From Euprymna scolopes (taxonomy: Eukaryota), in NCBI GenBank assembly GCA_053919585.1, contig CM132827.1: 64,000 bases of DNA; one strand, 5' to 3'. Position numbers and translations under genes: made by a program. The notes below the pieces were generated by a model. That model did no database searches, was not told the origin of the DNA, and worked only from the letters and a program-made list of their open reading frames with translations. This document shows positions 12,151-25,700 of this stretch, piece after piece. The first letter of the stretch is position 1, and each line of letters opens with the position of its first letter.

Positions 12151-15100
12151 ACTCAGCGCCGAAGAAGACGGACGCATGTAATCTCGCTCCGTGTCTATTG
12201 AACTAAGGCATGGTTCTAAAACAAGATTTCAACTCGGCGCCGAAGAAGACGGACGCATGTAATCTCGCTCCGTGTCTATTGAACTAAGGCATGGTTCTAA
12301 AACAAGATTTCAACTCAGCGCCGAAGAAGACGGACGCATGTAATCTCGCTCCGTGCCTATTGAACTAAGGCATGGTTCTAAAACAAGATTTCAACTCGGC
12401 GCCGAAGAAGACGGACGCATGTAATCTCGCTCCGTGCCTATTGAACTAAGGCATGGTTCTAAAACAAGATTTCAACTCGGCGCCGAAGAAGACGGACGCA
12501 TGTAATCTCGCTCCGTGCCTATTGAACTAAGGCATGGTTCTAAAACAAGATTTCAACTCGGCGCCGAAGAAGACGGACGCATGTAATCTCGCTCCGTGTC
12601 TATTGAACTAAGGCATGGTTCTAAAACAAGATTTCAACTCGGCGCCGAAGAAGACGGACGCATGTAATCTCGCTCCGTGTCTATTGAACTAAGGCATGGT
12701 TCTAAAACAAGATTTCAACTCGGCGCCGAAGAAGACGGACGCATGTAATCTCGCTCCGTGTCTATTGAACTAAGGCATGGTTCTAAAACAAGATTTCAAC
12801 TCAGCGCCGAAGAAGACGGACGCATGTAATCTCGCTCCGTGCCTATTGAACTAAGGCATGGTTCTAAAACAAGATTTCAACTCGGCGCCAAAGAAGACGG
12901 ACGCATGTAATCTCGCTCCGTGTCTATTGAACTAAGGCATGGTTCTAAAACAAGATTTCAACTCGGCGCCGAAGAAGACGGACGCATGTAATCTCGCTCC
13001 GTATCTATTGAACTAAGGCATGGTTCTAAAACAAGATTTCAACTCGGCGCCGAAGAAGACGGACGCATGTAATCTCGCTCCCTGTCTATTGAACTAAGGC
13101 ATGGTTCTAAAACAAGATTTCAACTCGGCGCCGAAGAAGACGGACGCATGTAATCTCGCTCCGTGTCTATTGAACTAAGGCATGGTTCTAAAACAAGATT
13201 TCAACTCGGCGCCGAAGAAGACATACGCATGTAATCTCGCTCCGTCTCTATTGAACTAAGGCATGGTTCTAAAACAAGATTTAAACTCGGCGCCGAAGAA
13301 GAAAGACGCATGTAATCTCGCTCCGTGTCTATTGAACTAAGGCATGGTTCTAAAACAAGATTTCAACTCGGCGCCGAAGAAGACGGACGCATGTAATCTC
13401 GCTCCGTGCCTATTGAACTAAGGCATGGTTCTAAAACAAGATTTCAACTCGGCGCCGAAGAAGACGGACGCATGTAATCTCGCTCATTGCCTATTGAACT
13501 AAGGCATGGTTCTAAAACAAGATTTCAACTCGGCGCCGAAGAAGACGGACGCATGTAATCTCGCTCCGTGTCTATTGAACTAAGGCATGGTTCTAAAACA
13601 AGATTTCAACTCGGCGCCGAAGAAGACGGACGCATGTAATCTCGCTCCGTGCCTATTGAACTAAGGCATGGTTCTAAAACAAGATTTCAACTCGGCGCCG
13701 AAGAAGACGGACGCATGTAATCTCGCTCATTGCCTATTGAACTAAGGCATGGTTCTAAAACAAGATTTCAACTGGGCGCCGAAGAAGACGGACGCATGTA
13801 ATCTCGCTCCGTGTCTATTGAACTAAGGCATGGTTCTAAAACAAGATTTCAACTCGGCGCCGAAGAAGACGGGCGCATGTAATCTCGCTCCGTGCCTATT
13901 GAACTAAGGCATGGTTCTAAAACAAGATTTCAACTCGGCGCCGAAGAAGACGGACGCATGTAATCTCGCTCATTGCCTATTGAACTAAGGCATGGTTCTA
14001 AAACAAGATTTCAACTCGGCGCCGAAGAAGACAGACGCATGTAATCTCGCTCCGTGTCTATTGAACTAAGGCATGGTTCTAAAACAAGATTTCAACTCGG
14101 CGCCGAAGAAGACGGACGCATGTAATCTCGCTCCGTGCCTATTGAACTAAGGCATGGTTCTAAAACAAGATTTCAACTCGGCGCCGAAGAAGACGGACGC
14201 ATGTAATCTCGCTCCGTGCCTATTGAACTAAGGCATGGTTCTAAAACAAGATTTCAACTCGGCGCCGAAGAAGACGGACGCATGTAATCTCGCTCCGTGC
14301 CTATTGAACTAAGGCATGGTTCTAAAACAAGATTTCAACTCGGCGCCGAAGAAGACGGACGCATGTAATCTCGCTCATTGCCTATTGAACTAAGGCATGG
14401 TTCTAAAACAAGATTTCAACTCGGCGCCGAAGAAGACAGACGCATGTAATCTCGCTCCGTGTCTATTGAACTAAGGCATGGTTCTAAAACAAGATTTCAA
14501 CTCGGCGCCGAAGAAGACGGACGCATGTAATCTCGCTCCGTGCCTATTGAACTAAGGCATGGTTCTAAAACAAGATTTCAACTCGGCGCCAAAGAAGACG
14601 GACGCATGTAATCTCGCTCCGTGTCTATTGAACTAAGGCATGGTTCTAAAACAAGATTTCAACTCAGCGCCGAAGAAGACGGACGCATGTAATCTCGCTC
14701 CGTGCCTATTGAACTAAGGCATGGTTCTAAAACAAGATTTCAACTCGGCGCCGAAGAAGACGGACGCATGTAATCTCGCTCCGTGCCTATTGAACTAAGG
14801 CATGGTTCTAAAACAAGATTTCAACTCGGCGCCGAAGAAGACGGACGCATGTAATCTCGCTCATTGCCTATTGAACTAAGGCATGGTTCTAAAACAAGAT
14901 TTCAACTCGGCGCCGAAGAAGACGGACGCATGTAATCTCGCTCCGTGTCTATTGAACTAAGGCATGGTTCTAAAACAAGATTTCAACTCGGCGCCGAAGA
15001 AGACGGATGCATGTAATCTCGCTCCGTGCCTATTGAACTAAGGCATGGTTCTAAAACAAGATTTCAACTCGGCGCCAAAGAAGACGGACGCATGTAATCT

Positions 15101-17420
15101 CGCTCCGTGTCTATTGAACTAAGGCATGGTTCTAAAACAAGATTTCAACTCAGCGCCGAAGAAGACGGACGCATGTAATCTCGCTCCGTGCCTATTGAAC
15201 TAAGGCATGGTTCTAAAACAAGATTTCAACTCGGCGCCGAAGAAGACGGACGCATGTAATCTCGCTCCGTGCCTATTGAACTAAGGCATGGTTCTAAAAC
15301 AAGATTTCAACTCGGCGCCGAAGAAGAGGGACGCATGTAATCTCGCTCATTGCCTATTGAACTAAGGCATGGTTCTAAAACAAGATTTCAACCTGGCGCC
15401 GAAGAAGACGGACGCATGTAATCTCGCTCCGTGTCTATTGAACTAAGGCATGGTTCTAAAACAAGATTTCAACTCGGCGCCGAAGAAGACGGACGCATGT
15501 AATCTCGCTCCGTGCCTATTGAACTAAGGCATGGTTCTAAAACAAGATTTCAACTCGGCGCCAAAGAAGACGGACGCATGTAATCTCGCTCCGTGTCTAT
15601 TTAACTAAGGCATGGTTCTAAAACAAGATTTCAACTCAGCGCCGAAGAAGACGGACGCATGTAATCTCGCTCCGTGTCTATTGAACTAAGGCATGGTTCT
15701 AAAACAAGATTTCAACTCGGCGCCGAAGAAGACGGACGCATGTAATCTCGCTCCGTGTCTATTGAACTAAGGCATGGTTCTAAAACAAGATTTCAACTCA
15801 GCGCCGAAGAAGACGGACGCATGTAATCTCGCTCCGTGCCTATTGAACTAAGGCATGGTTCTAAAACAAGATTTCAACTCGGCGCCGAAGAAGACGGACG
15901 CATGTAATCTCGCTCCGTGCCTATTGAACTAAGGCATGGTTCTAAAACAAGATTTCAACTCGGCGCCGAAGAAGACGGACGCATGTAATCTCGCTCCGTG
16001 CCTATTGAACTAAGGCATGGTTCTAAAACAAGATTTCAACTCGGCGCCGAAGAAGACGGACGCATGTAATCTCGCTCCGTGTCTATTGAACTAAGGCATG
16101 GTTCTAAAACAAGATTTCAACTCGGCGCCGAAGAAGACGGACGCATGTAATCTCGCTCCGTGTCTATTGAACTAAGGCATGGTTCTAAAACAAGATTTCA
16201 ACTCGGCGCCGAAGAAGACGGACGCATGTAATCTCGCTCCGTGTCTATTGAACTAAGGCATGGTTCTAAAACAAGATTTCAACTCAGCGCCGAAGAAGAC
16301 GGACGCATGTAATCTCGCTCCGTGCCTATTGAACTAAGGCATGGTTCTAAAACAAGATTTCAACTCGGCGCCAAAGAAGACGGACGCATGTAATCTCGCT
16401 CCGTGTCTATTGAACTAAGGCATGGTTCTAAAACAAGATTTCAACTCGGCGCCGAAGAAGACGGACGCATGTAATCTCGCTCCGTATCTATTGAACTAAG
16501 GCATGGTTCTAAAACAAGATTTCAACTCGGCGCCGAAGAAGACGGACGCATGTAATCTCGCTCCCTGTCTATTGAACTAAGGCATGGTTCTAAAACAAGA
16601 TTTCAACTCGGCGCCGAAGAAGACGGACGCATGTAATCTCGCTCCGTGTCTATTGAACTAAGGCATGGTTCTAAAACAAGATTTCAACTCGGCGCCGAAG
16701 AAGACATACGCATGTAATCTCGCTCCGTCTCTATTGAACTAAGGCATGGTTCTAAAACAAGATTTAAACTCGGCGCCGAAGAAGAAAGACGCATGTAATC
16801 TCGCTCCGTGTCTATTGAACTAAGGCATGGTTCTAAAACAAGATTTCAACTCGGCGCCGAAGAAGACGGACGCATGTAATCTCGCTCCGTGCCTATTGAA
16901 CTAAGGCATGGTTCTAAAACAAGATTTCAACTCGGCGCCGAAGAAGACGGACGCATGTAATCTCGCTCATTGCCTATTGAACTAAGGCATGGTTCTAAAA
17001 CAAGATTTCAACTCGGCGCCGAAGAAGACGGACGCATGTAATCTCGCTCCGTGTCTATTGAACTAAGGCATGGTTCTAAAACAAGATTTCAACTCGGCGC
17101 CGAAGAAGACGGACGCATGTAATCTCGCTCCGTGCCTATTGAACTAAGGCATGGTTCTAAAACAAGATTTCAACTCGGCGCCGAAGAAGACGGACGCATG
17201 TAATCTCGCTCATTGCCTATTGAACTAAGGCATGGTTCTAAAACAAGATTTCAACTGGGCGCCGAAGAAGACGGACGCATGTAATCTCGCTCCGTGTCTA
17301 TTGAACTAAGGCATGGTTCTAAAACAAGATTTCAACTCGGCGCCGAAGAAGACGGGCGCATGTAATCTCGCTCCGTGCCTATTGAACTAAGGCATGGTTC
17401 TAAAACAAGATTTCAACTCG
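10700..17420 (+). repeat. Near-tandem block duplication of ~40 monomers, offset 3483 bp (43x81)
   Basis: Rare variants pair at exactly +3483: GAGGGAC 11845/15328, CTATTTAAC 12119/15602, CTCCCTG 13082/16565, CGTCTCTA 13246/16729, AACTGGG 13774/17257. Confidence 0.92.
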
Positions 17421-18306
17421 GCGCCAAAGAAGACGGACGCATGTAATCTCGCTCCGTGTCTATTGAACTAAGGCATGGTTCTAAAACAAGATTTCAACTC
17501 AGCGCCGAAGAAGACGGACGCATGTAATCTCGCTCCGTGCCTATTGAACTAAGGCATGGTTCTAAAACAAGATTTCAACTCGGCGCCGAAGAAGACGGAC
17601 GCATGTAATCTCGCTCCGTGCCTATTGAACTAAGGCATGGTTCTAAAACAAGATTTCAACTCGGCGCCGAAGAAGACGGACGCATGTAATCTCGCTCATT
17701 GCCTATTGAACTAAGGCATGGTTCTAAAACAAGATTTCAACTCGGCGCCGAAGAAGACGGACGCATGTAATCTCGCTCCGTGTCTATTGAACTAAGGCAT
17801 GGTTCTAAAACAAGATTTCAACTCGGCGCCGAAGAAGACGGACGCATGTAATCTCGCTCCGTGCCTATTGAACTAAGGCATGGTTCTAAAACAAGATTTC
17901 AACTCGGCGCCAAAGAAGACGGACGCATGTAATCTCGCTCCGTGTCTATTGAACTAAGGCATGGTTCTAAAACAAGATTTCAACTCGGCGCCGAAGAAGA
18001 CGGACGCATGTAATCTCGCTCCGTGTCTATTGAACTAAGGCATGGTTCTAAAACAAGATTTCAACTCGGCGCCGAAGAAGACGGACGCATGTAATCTCGC
18101 TCCGTGTCTATTGAACTAAGGCATGGTTCTAAAACAAGATTTCAACTCGGCGCCGAAGAAGACGGACGCATGTAATCTCGCTCCGTGTCTATTGAACTAA
18201 GGCATGGTTCTAAAACAAGATTTCAACTCGGCGCCGAAGAAGACGGACGCATGTAATCTCGCTCCGTGTCTATTGAACTAAGGCATGGTTCTAAAACAAG
18301 ATTTCA

Positions 18307-19764
18307 ACTCAGCGCCGAAGAAGACGGACGCATGTAATCTCGCTCCGTGCCTATTGAACTAAGGCATGGTTCTAAAACAAGATTTCAACTCGGCGCCGAA
18401 GAAGACGGACGCATGTAATCTCGCTCCGTGCCTATTGAACTAAGGCATGGTTCTAAAACAAGATTTCAACTCGGCGCCGAAGAAGACGGACGCATGTAAT
18501 CTCGCTCATTGCCTATTGAACTAAGGCATGGTTCTAAAACAAGATTTCAACTCGGCGCCGAAGAAGACAGACGCATGTAATCTCGCTCCGTGTCTATTGA
18601 ACTAAGGCATGGTTCTAAAACAAGATTTCAACTCGGCGCCGAAGAAGACGGACGCATGTAATCTCGCTCCGTGCCTATTGAACTAAGGCATGGTTCTAAA
18701 ACAAGATTTCAACTCGGCGCCAAAGAAGACGGACGCATGTAATCTCGCTCCCTGTCTATTGAACTAAGGCATGGTTCTAAAACAAGATTTCAACTCAGCG
18801 CCGAAGAAGACGGACGCATGTAATCTCGCTCCGTGCCTAGATAACTAAGGCATGGTTCTAAAACAAGATTTCAACTCGGCGCCGAAGAAGACGGACGCAT
18901 GTAATCTCGCTCCGTGCCTATTGAACTAAGGCATGGTTCTAAAACAAGATTTCAACTCGGCGCCGAAGAAGACGGACGCATGTAATCTCGCTCATTGCCT
19001 ATTGAACTAAGGCATGGTTCTAAAACAAGATTTCAACTCGGCGCCGAAGAAGATGGACGCATGTAATCTCGCTCCGTGTCTATTGAACTAAGGCATGGTT
19101 CTAAAACAAGATTTCAACTCGGCGCCGAAGAAGACGGATGCATGTAATCTCGCTCCGTGCCTATTGAACTAAGGCATGGTTCTAAAACAAGATTTCAACT
19201 CGGCGCCAAAGAAGACGGACGCATGTAATCTCGCTCCGTGTCTATTGAACTAAGGCATGGTTCTAAAACAAGATTTCAACTCAGCGCCGAAGAAGACGGA
19301 CGCATGTAATCTCGCTCCGTGCCTATTGAACTAAGGCATGGTTCTAAAACAAGATTTCAACTCGGCGCCGAAGAAGACGGACGCATGTAATCTCGCTCCG
19401 TGCCTATTGAACTAAGGCATGGTTCTAAAACAAGATTTCAACTCGGCGCCGAAGAAGACGGACGCATGTAATCTCGCTCATTGCCTATTGAACTAAGGCA
19501 TGGTTCTAAAACAAGATTTCAACCTGGCGCCGAAGAAGACGGACGCATGTAATCTCGCTCCGTGTCTATTGAACTAAGGCATGGTTCTAAAACAAGATTT
19601 CAACTCGGCGCCGAAGAAGACGGACGCATGTAATCTCGCTCCGTGCCTATTGAACTAAGGCATGGTTCTAAAACAAGATTTCAACTCGGCGCCAAAGAAG
19701 ACGGACGCATGTAATCTCGCTCCGTGTCTATTGAACTAAGGCATGGTTCTAAAACAAGATTTCA
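18307..19764 (+). repeat. Higher-order repeat: 3 more copies of the same 6-monomer unit
   Basis: The same variant string starts at 18307, 18793 and 19279. It shares rare markers (ACAG, GGATGC, AACCTGG) with 10693-12150 at an offset of 94x81. Confidence 0.85.
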
Positions 19765-22700
19765 ACTCAGCGCCGAAGAAGACGGACGCATGTAATCTCG
19801 CTCCGTGTCTATTGAACTAAGGCATGGTTCTAAAACAAGATTTCAACTCGGCGCCGAAGAAGACGGACGCATGTAATCTCGCTCCGTGTCTATTGAACTA
19901 AGGCATGGTTCTAAAACAAGATTTCAACTCAGCGCCGAAGAAGACGGACGCATGTAATCTCGCTCCGTGCCTATTGAACTAAGGCATGGTTCTAAAACAA
20001 GATTTCAACTCGGCGCCGAAGAAGACGGACGCATGTAATCTCGCTCCGTGCCTATTGAACTAAGGCATGGTTCTAAAACAAGATTTCAACTCGGCGCCGA
20101 AGAAGACGGACGCATGTAATCTCGCTCCGTGCCTATTGAACTAAGGCATGGTTCTAAAACAAGATTTCAACTCGGCGCCGAAGAAGACGGACGCATGTAA
20201 TCTCGCTCCGTGCCTATTGAACTAAGGCATGGTTCTAAAACAAGATTTCAACTCGGCGCCGAAGAAGACGGACGCATGTAATCTCGCTCATTGCCTATTG
20301 AACTAAGGCATGGTTCTAAAACAAGATTTCAACTCGGCGCCGAAGAAGACGGACGCATGTAATCTCGCTCCGTGTCTATTGAACTAAGGCATGGTTCTAA
20401 AACAAGATTTCAACTCGGCGCCGAAGAAGACGGACGCATGTAATCTCGCTCCGTGCCTATTGAACTAAGGCATGGTTCTAAAACAAGATTTCAACTCGGC
20501 GCCAAAGAAGACGGACGCATGTAATCTCGCTCCGTGTCTATTGAACTAAGGCATGGTTCTAAAACAAGATTTCAACTCGGCGCCGAAGAAGACGGACGCA
20601 TGTAATCTCGCTCCGTGCCTATTGAACTAAGGCATGGTTCTAAAACAAGATTTCAACTCGGCGCCGAAGAAGACGGACGCATGTAATCTCGCTCCGTGCC
20701 TATTGAACTAAGGCATGGTTCTAAAACAAGATTTCAACTCGGCGCCGAAGAAGACGGACGCATGTAATCTCGCTCCGTGTCTATTGAACTAAGGCATGGT
20801 TCTAAAACAAGATTTCAACTCGGCGCCGAAGAAGACGGACGCATGTAATCTCGCTCCGTGCCTATTGAACTAAGGCATGGTTCTAAAACAAGATTTCAAC
20901 TCGGCGCCAAAGAAGACGGACGCATGTAATCTCGCTCCGTGTCTATTGAACTAAGGCATGGTTCTAAAACAAGATTTCAATTCAGCGCCGAAGAAGACGG
21001 ACGCATGTAATCTCGCTCCGTGTCTATTGAACTAAGGCATGGTTCTAAAACAAGATTTCAACTCGGCGCCGAAGAAGACGGACGCATGTAATCTCGCTCC
21101 GTGTCTATTGAACTAAGGCATTGTTCTAAAACAAGATTTAAACTCGGCGCCGAAGAAGACGGACGCATGTAATCTCGCTCCGTGTCTATTGAACTAAGGC
21201 ATGGTTCTAAAACAAGATTTCAACTCAGCGCCGAAGAAGACGGACGCATGTAATCTCGCTCCGTGCCTATTGAACTAAGGCATGGTTCTAAAACAAGATT
21301 TCAACTCGGCGCCGAAGAAGACGGACGCATGTAATCTCGCTCATTGCCTATTGAACTAAGGCATGGTTCTAAAACAAGATTTCAACTCAGCGCCGAAGAA
21401 GACGGACGCATGTAATCTCGCTCCGTGCCTATTGAACTAAGGCATGGTTCTAAAACAAGATTTCAACTCGGCGCCGAAGAAGACGGACGCATGTAATCTC
21501 GCTCCGTGTCTATTGAACTAAGGCATGGTTCTAAAACAAGATTTCAACTCAGCGCCGAAGAAGACGGACGCATGTAATCTCGCTCCGTGCCTATTGAACT
21601 AAGGCATGGTTCTAAAACAAGATTTCAACTCAGCGCCGAAGAAGACGGACGCATGTAATCTCGCTCCGTGTCTATTGAACTAAGGCATGGTTCTAAAACA
21701 AGATTTCAACTCGGCGCCGAAGAAGACGGACGCATGTAATCTCGCTTCGTGTCTATTGAACTAAGGCATGGTTCTAAAACAAGATTTCAACTCGGCGCCG
21801 AAGAAGACGGACGCATGTAATCTCGCTCCGTGCCTATTGAACTAAGGCATGGTTCTAAAACAAGATTTCAACTCGGCGCCGAAGAAGACGGACGCATGTA
21901 ATCTCGCTCCGTGTCTATTGAACTAAGGCATGGTTCTAAAACAAGATTTCAACTCGGCGCCGAAGAAGACGGACGCATGTAATCTCGCTCCGTGCCTATC
22001 GAACTAAGGCATGGTTCTAAAACAAGATTTCAACTCGGCGCCGAAGAAGACGGACGCATGTAATCTCGCTCCGTGTCTATTGAACTAAGGCATGGTTCTA
22101 AAACAAGATTTCAACTCGGCGCCGAAGAAGACGGACGCATGTAATCTCGCTCCGTGCCTATTGAACTAAGGCATGGTTCTAAAACAAGATTTCAACTCGG
22201 CGCCGACGAAGACGGACGCATGTAATCTCGCTCCGTGCCTATTGAACTAAGGCATGGTTCTAAAACAAGATTTCAACTCGGCGCCGAAGAAGACGGACGC
22301 ATGTAATCTCGCTCCGTGTCTATTGAACTAAGGCATGGTTCTAAAACAAGATTTCAACTCGGCGCCGAAGAAGACGGACGCATGTAATCTCGCTCCGTGT
22401 CTATTGAACTAAGGCATGGTTCTAAAACAAGATTTCAACTCAGCGCCGAAGAAGACGGACGCATGTAATCTCGCTCCGTGTCTATTGAACTAAGGCATGG
22501 TTCTTAAACAAGATTTCAACTCGGCGCCGAAGAAGACGGACGCATGTAATCTCGCTTCGTGTCTATTGAACTAAGGCATGGTTCTAAAACAAGATTTCAA
22601 CTCGGCGCCGAAGAAGACGGACGCATGTAATCTCGCTCCTTGTCTATTGAACTAAGGCATGGTTCTAAAACAAGATTTCAACTCGGCGCCGAAGAAGACG

Positions 22701-25700
22701 GACGCATGTAATCTCGCTTCGTGTCTATTGAACTAAGGCATGGTTCTAAAACAAGATTTCAACTCGGCGCCGAAGAAGACGGACGCATGTAATCTCGCTC
22801 CGTGTCTATTGAACTAAGGCATGGTTCTTAAACAAGATTTCAACTCAGCGCCGAAGAAGACGGACGCATTTAATCTCGCTTCGTGTCTATTGAACTAAGG
22901 CATGGTTCTTAAACAAGATTTCAACTCAGCGCCGAAGAAGACGGACGCATGTAATCTCGCTTCGTGTCTATTGAACTAAGGCATGGTTCTAAAACAAGAT
23001 TTCAACTCGGCGCCGAAGAAGACGGACGCATGTAATCTCGCTCCTTGTCTATTGAACTAAGGCATGGTTCTAAAACAAGATTTCAACTCGGCGCCGAAGA
23101 AGACGGACGCATGTAATCTCGCTCCGTGTCTATTGAACTAAGGCATGGTTCTTAAACAAGATTTCAACTCGGCGCCGAAGAAGACGGACGCATGTAATCT
23201 CGCTCCGTGTCTATTGAACTAAGGCATGGTTCTAAAACAAGATTTCAACTCGGCGCCGAAGAAGAAAGACGCATGTAATCTCGCTCCGTGTCTATTGAAC
23301 TAAGGCATGGTTCTAAAACAAGATTTCAACTCGGCGCCGAAGAAGACGGACGCATGTAATCTCGCTCCGTGTCTATTGAACTAAGGCATGGTTCTTAAAC
23401 AAGATTTCAACTCGGCGCCGAAGAAGACGGACGCATGTAATCTCGCTACGTGTCTATTGAACTAAGGCATGGTTCTAAAACAAGATTTCAACTCGGCGCC
23501 GAAGAAGACGGACGCATGTAATCTCGCTCTGTGCCTATTGAACTAAGGCATGGTTCTAAAACAAGATTTCAACTCGGCGCCGAAGAAGACGGACGCATGT
23601 AATCTCGCTCCGTGCCTATTGAACTAAGGCATGGTTCTAAAACAAGATTTCAACTCGGCGCCGAAGAAGACAGACGCATGTAATCTCGCTCCGTGCCTAT
23701 TGAACTAAGGCATGGTTCTAAAACAAGATTTCAACTCGGCGCCGAAGAAGACGGACGCATGTAATCTCGCTCCGTGCCTATTGAACTAAGGCATGGTTCT
23801 AAAACAAGATTTCAACTCGGCGCCGAAGAAGACGGACGCATGTAATCTCGCTCCGTGCCTATTGAACTAAGGCATGGTTCTAAAACAAGATTTCAACTCG
23901 GCGCCGAAGAAGAAAGACGCATGTAATCTCGCTCCGTGTCTATTGAACTAAGGCATGGTTCTAAAACAAGATTTCAACTCGGCGCCGAAGAAGAAAGACG
24001 CATGTAATCTCGCTCCGTGTCTATTGAACTAAGGCATGGTTCTAAAACAAGATTTCAACTCGGCGCCGAAGAAGACGGACGCATGTAATCTCGCTTCGTG
24101 TCTATTGAACTAAGGCATGGTTCTAAAACAAGATTTCAACTCGGCGCCGAAGAAGACGGACGCATGTAATCTCGCTCCTTGTCTATTGAACTAAGGCATG
24201 GTTCTAAAACAAGATTTCAACTCGGCGCCGAAGAAGAAAGACGCATGTAATCTCGCTCCGTGTCTATTGAACTAAGGCATGGTTCTAAAACAAGATTTCA
24301 ACTCGGCGCCGAAGAAGAAAGACGCATGTAATCTCGCTCCGTGTCTATTGAACTAAGGCATGGTTCTAAAACAAGATTTCAACTCGGCGCCGAAGAAGAA
24401 AGGACGCATGTAATCTCGCTCCGTGTCTATTGAACTAAGGCATGGTTCTAAAACAAGATTTCAACTCGGCGCCGAAGAAGAAAGACGCATGTAATCTCGC
24501 TCCTTGTCTATTGAACTAAGGCATGGTTCTAAAACAAGATTTCAACTCGGCGCCGAAGAAGAAAGACGCATGTAATCTCGCTCCGTGTCTATTGAACTAA
24601 GGCATGGTTCTAAAACAAGATTTCAACTCGGCGCCGAAGAAGACGGACGCATGTAATCTCGCTCCGTGTCTATTGAACTAAGGCATGGTTCTTAAACAAG
24701 ATTTCAACTCGGCGCCGAAGAAGACGGACGCATGTAATCTCGCTCCGTGTCTATTGAACTAAGGCATGGTTCTAAAACAAGATTTCAACTCGGCGCCGAA
24801 GAAGAAAGACGCATGTAATCTCGCTCCGTGTCTATTGAACTAAGGCATGGTTCTAAAACAAGATTTCAACTCGGCGCCGAAGAAGACGGACGCATGTAAT
24901 CTCGCTCCGTGCCTATTGAACTAAGGCATGGTTCTAAAACAAGATTTCAACTCGGCGCCGAAGAAGACGGACGCATGTAATCTCGCTCCGTGCCTATTGA
25001 ACTAAGGCATGGTTCTAAAACAAGATTTCAACTCGGCGCCGAAGAAGACGGACGCATGTAATCTCGCTCCGTGTCTATTGAACTAAGGCATGGTTCTAAA
25101 ACAAGATTTCAACTCGGCGCCGAAGAAGACGGATGCATGTAATCTCGCTCCGTGTCTATTGAACTAAGGCATGGTTCTAAAACAAGATTTCAACTCGGCG
25201 CCGAAGAAGACGGACGCATGTAATCTCGCTCCGTGCCTATTGAACTAAGGCATGGTTCTAAAACAAGATTTCAACTCGGCGCCGAAGAAGACGGACGCAT
25301 GTAATCTCGCTCCGTGTCTATTGAACTAAGGCATGGTTCTAAAACAAGATTTCAACTCGGCGCCGAAGAAGACGGACGCATGTAATCTCGCTCCTTGTCT
25401 ATTGAACTAAGGCATGGTTCTAAAACAAGATTTCAACTCGGCGCCGAAGAAGACGGACGCATGTAATCTCGCTTCGTGTCTATTGAACTAAGGCATGGTT
25501 CTAAAACAAGATTTCAACTCGGCGCCGAAGAAGACGGACGCATGTAATCTCGCTTCGTGTCTATTGAACTAAGGCATGGTTCTAAAACAAGATTTCAACT
25601 CGGCGCCGAAGAAGACGGACGCATGTAATCTCGCTCCGTGTCTATTGAACTAAGGCATGGTTCTTAAACAAGATTTCAACTCGGCGCCGAAGAAGACGGA

